Below, piece by piece: positions 60,786 to 64,000 of a stretch of DNA of 64,000 bases; the first letter of the stretch is position 1, and each line of letters opens with the position of its first letter. The stretch spans positions 4,960,001-5,024,000 of the forward strand of contig OY843751.1 in the NCBI GenBank assembly GCA_963693055.1, in the 5' to 3' direction. The stretch is from a bacterium (GTDB lineage Bacteria; Zhuqueibacterota; Zhuqueibacteria; Residuimicrobiales; Krinioviventaceae). The notes below the pieces were generated by a model. It had not been told where the DNA came from and did no database searches. It saw nothing but the letters and a program-made list of their open reading frames with translations. A program made the position numbers and the translations under genes.

Positions 60786-61096
60786 CTTTCACCTTTATTT
60801 ATTCAACATGGACTAAAAGAGGGCATACTTTATAATAATAAATAGCATCAAATTTGCAAGCAATATTTACAAAATGGTATTGTTTTCTTTTCGTGGATTT
60901 TGTATAATTATAAATCAACCCAAACGCTACTCATACATTCCGGCTCCGGGGTCTATTCGTTCTGAACAATGTACCTATCAAATATAAATTTTGACAGGAG
61001 CATAAACAGTTTGCAAACAATAAAAAGCCAACGCTCTGTTGAAACGTACATATCGGGAACCATACAAACTCCCGGAATTGATTTGATGGTATCATC

Positions 61097-61711
61097 ATGA
61101 CTGCTACAGACCTCTATCAAAATCACTATGCCGCAATTCGGTTTGAAAGGCAGGGACTTTTTCAGCTTGTTCAAAAACAATATGGATGTAAGGAGGCGTT
61201 GTATCCCGGCAGTTCGGTGCATATCACGCCTTCTTTTTATATTCCCCATGTGGTGTATATAGATATAAGTAACGATGCCGCTCAATTTTTCAGTAATCAA
61301 AATGCGGTTATAGAATATATCAATCAGCATAAAAAATACAAACGCCGTGCGTTTTTACAATTTCTCCATCAAGACTATACTCAGGCCTTGCCAATTCAGC
61401 ATCAATTTGATCTGCTCATTGCACTTTTTGCACCCCAGGTGATACACACTAGTACACAATATATTAAAAAAAATGGACTGGTACTGGTCCACACGTTTCA
61501 AAACAACCTACAGGATGCAGTCAATAACCCTGAATTACGTTTAGAATCGGCAGTTCAATTCACCAAAAACCAATATCAAATCATTCCGTCAAATAACACC
61601 GGGATAGATCCTTTCCTCAAATCCAGGCCGTCTAAAAAATATTTAAAACAACACTCAAATTCTGTTGACTATGTTGAAAATGAAATGTATTTTATATTTA
61701 AAAAGATTTAA
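61097..61711 (+). CDS. Hypothetical protein, methyltransferase-like fold
   Basis: LYPGS.VHITPS...VVYID; DY......FDLLI. Confidence 0.55.
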   Translation: MTATDLYQNHYAAIRFERQGLFQLVQKQYGCKEALYPGSSVHITPSFYIPHVVYIDISNDAAQFFSNQNAVIEYINQHKKYKRRAFLQFLHQDYTQALPIQHQFDLLIALFAPQVIHTSTQYIKKNGLVLVHTFQNNLQDAVNNPELRLESAVQFTKNQYQIIPSNNTGIDPFLKSRPSKKYLKQHSNSVDYVENEMYFIFKKI

Positions 61712-61814
61712 CGCACCAGCCAGATCTGTCACCACTCCATAGATCTGTTATCCATATTGGGGAGTGACCCAGCAGTATTCATGATTTGTTGAACCAGATT
61801 TGGGGAGTAAACAA

Positions 61815-62810
61815 ATGAATAAAATTTATCTAACTGTTTTGGTCAGTATATTAACACTTTTAGGATGCGATACCAATAAAAACCCTGCCGCACCGTCACC
61901 TTATTATGACTTTTCCATCTATATGCTCAAAGACACAGAACTCGAATTGCAGGATATAGCAAACACCAACATCTACAGGCTTGCCCTGCAAGACAAACCG
62001 TTAATCAGTAAAGATGACATTGTCATGTATGATTTTTCATCACACATGATTTACCTGAATAAAAGCAAAAAAGAAATTTTCAAAGACATCATAGGTGACA
62101 CCCCCATGTTCACGAATTTTTCTACCAAGCCCTTTGTTGTGGTTTGCGGGAACGAACGTATCTATACCGGTGCGTTGTTCAGTACAGCGTCTTCAATTGC
62201 ACATGTTGGAGTAAGTATATTAGACCTTGATGTATTTTTTTTACCGGATGATATGCTGCAAATCAGCAATTCCACACGGTATGATGATCCCATAGATCCC
62301 CGCAACGATGAACGGGTACAACACGCTTTGCAGAATTGCGGTCTTTATCATGCAGGCCTTGAGATAAAGTTACAAAATGTTACCGTTGTTGAAAACGCAG
62401 ATACATCTACCATCAGCTATCAGTTCAAACTGACCAACAATGACAGCCAAACCCTGCTGGTTCCTGATCCTGATAAAATGGGTACCGATCTGTTCCATTA
62501 TTTCGCTACAGGACTTGACTTCAGCAACGACGAAACACAACAATACTTTTATGCGAGTCTAAAAAAGAGCCTCTATCCCGGTCCCTATAACACCTGGGAT
62601 GCCACCTGGTTTACCGAGTTGAAAAGCGGGGCGTCATTGGAACGCTCTGTGGTTATTAAAGGATTTCCCCAAATTCCGCCGGGTGAATATCGCTGCGCAT
62701 TCAATTATTCGGGGCCCCAGGCAATCACCAAAGAGGAACGCTCCATTCAAAATACAAGGTACTGGATTGGAAACATTGCAGCAAATACCAGAAACATTAC
62801 AATCAAATAA
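61815..62810 (+). CDS. Hypothetical lipoprotein
   Basis: Lipobox LLGC; GGGGAG RBS. Confidence 0.65.
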   Translation: MNKIYLTVLVSILTLLGCDTNKNPAAPSPYYDFSIYMLKDTELELQDIANTNIYRLALQDKPLISKDDIVMYDFSSHMIYLNKSKKEIFKDIIGDTPMFTNFSTKPFVVVCGNERIYTGALFSTASSIAHVGVSILDLDVFFLPDDMLQISNSTRYDDPIDPRNDERVQHALQNCGLYHAGLEIKLQNVTVVENADTSTISYQFKLTNNDSQTLLVPDPDKMGTDLFHYFATGLDFSNDETQQYFYASLKKSLYPGPYNTWDATWFTELKSGASLERSVVIKGFPQIPPGEYRCAFNYSGPQAITKEERSIQNTRYWIGNIAANTRNITIK

Positions 62811-62840
62811 TTTCAAATACAGAAATCAGCCAGAGGTCGC

Positions 62841-63572
62841 ATGAAAAACCTGAAAACATTGGCCCTGTTACTATTCTTTGTCAATAGTATCTATGCTATT
62901 GATAAAAACCCGCTTGAACATACAGTAAAAAAAATATCCGCTCCGGTTTCAATTGACGCAAATTGGGACAAATCCGTTTGGAATGCAATACCCCCTGTAT
63001 TGATAGAAAATCACATGGGAGAATTACCGAAACACTTTCCAAAGGTGCAGGCAAAACTGGCATACGATGACAGTGCGGTCTATGTCATTTTCAAGGTTAA
63101 CGACAACTATGTGCGCGCCATTGCAGATAAAACTCATGGCAGGGTTTGGGAAGATAGTTGTGTAGAATTCTTTTTCTCTCCCGGAATAGATCTGAATTAT
63201 GCGTATTTCAATCTGGAAACCAATTGCGGCGGCACCATGCTGTTTTCATGGCATGAAAAACCAGGCAAAAGTCAATCTGTTGCGGTAGAGGATTGTGCCG
63301 AAATCACCATTGCCCACTCTTTACCCAAAATCATAGATCCGGAAATCCAACAACCCACAACATGGACACTTGAATATCGGTTACCTTTTGAACTGATACA
63401 AAAATATTGCCCCCATACAGCCAAACCCGCAAAAGGGACGGTCTGGCGCGCCAATCTCTACAAATGCGGCGATGAGACATCACACCCGCACTGGCTTACC
63501 TGGTCATATGTAGATTATCTGGAACCCAAGTTTCATCTACCGGAGTTCTTCGGAACGCTAAAATTCGAATAA
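62841..63572 (+). CDS. Carbohydrate-binding family 9-like secreted protein
   Basis: VWEDSCVEFF, WTLEYRLPF, WRANLYKCGD, FHLPEFFG. Confidence 0.85.
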   Translation: MKNLKTLALLLFFVNSIYAIDKNPLEHTVKKISAPVSIDANWDKSVWNAIPPVLIENHMGELPKHFPKVQAKLAYDDSAVYVIFKVNDNYVRAIADKTHGRVWEDSCVEFFFSPGIDLNYAYFNLETNCGGTMLFSWHEKPGKSQSVAVEDCAEITIAHSLPKIIDPEIQQPTTWTLEYRLPFELIQKYCPHTAKPAKGTVWRANLYKCGDETSHPHWLTWSYVDYLEPKFHLPEFFGTLKFE

Positions 63573-63804
63573 TTTCATTAACCAAAAATAATTCTCTCTG
63601 CGCCCTTGACGAATCCTTTGCTTTCTCTGCGTTTTGCATTTGAAACAAAAAATTTGATTATGCTTCAACTCTACAATTACTAGTAAAATTTTGCTATTTC
63701 TGTCTGAATCAGGCTTTAAATATTTTATTTATAACTTGAAATAATACCTGTTATGCAGTATAATGTAAACTAGTTAACAGGATATAAAACGAAATGGACC
63801 TCAC

Positions 63805-64000
63805 ATGAAAAAACGTTATTACATTTTACTCTTTCTAACTATTTTCACACAAAATCTGTTAAGCAAAGAATTCAAACTCCAATCTCCGGATAAAAATACT
63901 ACCGTTATCATCTCAGAAATCAAGGGACAAATATCTTATAATATAACAAATAATAACAAGGTGCTGGTGTCACCTTCAATACTGGGAATACTGTTTCAGG
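63805..64000 (+). CDS. Probable GH97 N-terminus (truncated by window)
   Basis: Signal peptide, then LQSPD....I....GQISY.......LV.PS.LG. Confidence 0.5.
   Translation, partial: MKKRYYILLFLTIFTQNLLSKEFKLQSPDKNTTVIISEIKGQISYNITNNNKVLVSPSILGILFQ

Noticed and set aside
60953-61330. 125-aa minus-strand ORF
   Set aside because: It overlaps the better-supported 61097 gene and has no recognisable motifs

Overview
Bacterial chromosomal window, probably from the FCB group (KSB1/Calditrichota-like). This is inferred from two 'YPNPFNP' C-terminal sorting domains, DUF5916, sulfatases and a TonB-dependent receptor. Layout: (1) 1-18.5 kb, a minus-strand LacI-headed glycan-utilisation locus with two sulfatases, GH106, GH140, a DUF5916 outer-membrane protein, SSS and NCS1 transporters, a URO-D/MtaA-like protein, a rhamnose-isomerase-like protein and an AAC(3)-like gene. 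(2) 18.7-30.5 kb, an OPT transporter, a cupin/K+ channel/sigma-54 activator operon with a visible sigma-54 promoter upstream of a small exported HEAT protein, deoA, rfbC, and a His-rich RAPP leader peptide followed by a lipoprotein and a ZnuD-like TonB receptor. (3) An ABC-ATPase + DUF4276 pair beside tmRNA (ssrA). (4) A sensor kinase, GH115-like, patatin/PlpD, PQQ-propeller, TrmB and typA. (5) Downstream of typA, an accessory region with decayed toxin-antitoxin remnants, an AT-rich TIR + HEPN putative defence module, orphan exported proteins, GH127, several REP/MITE-like repeat families and a rod-like structured RNA candidate. All family calls come from motif recognition by eye; no database searches were run.
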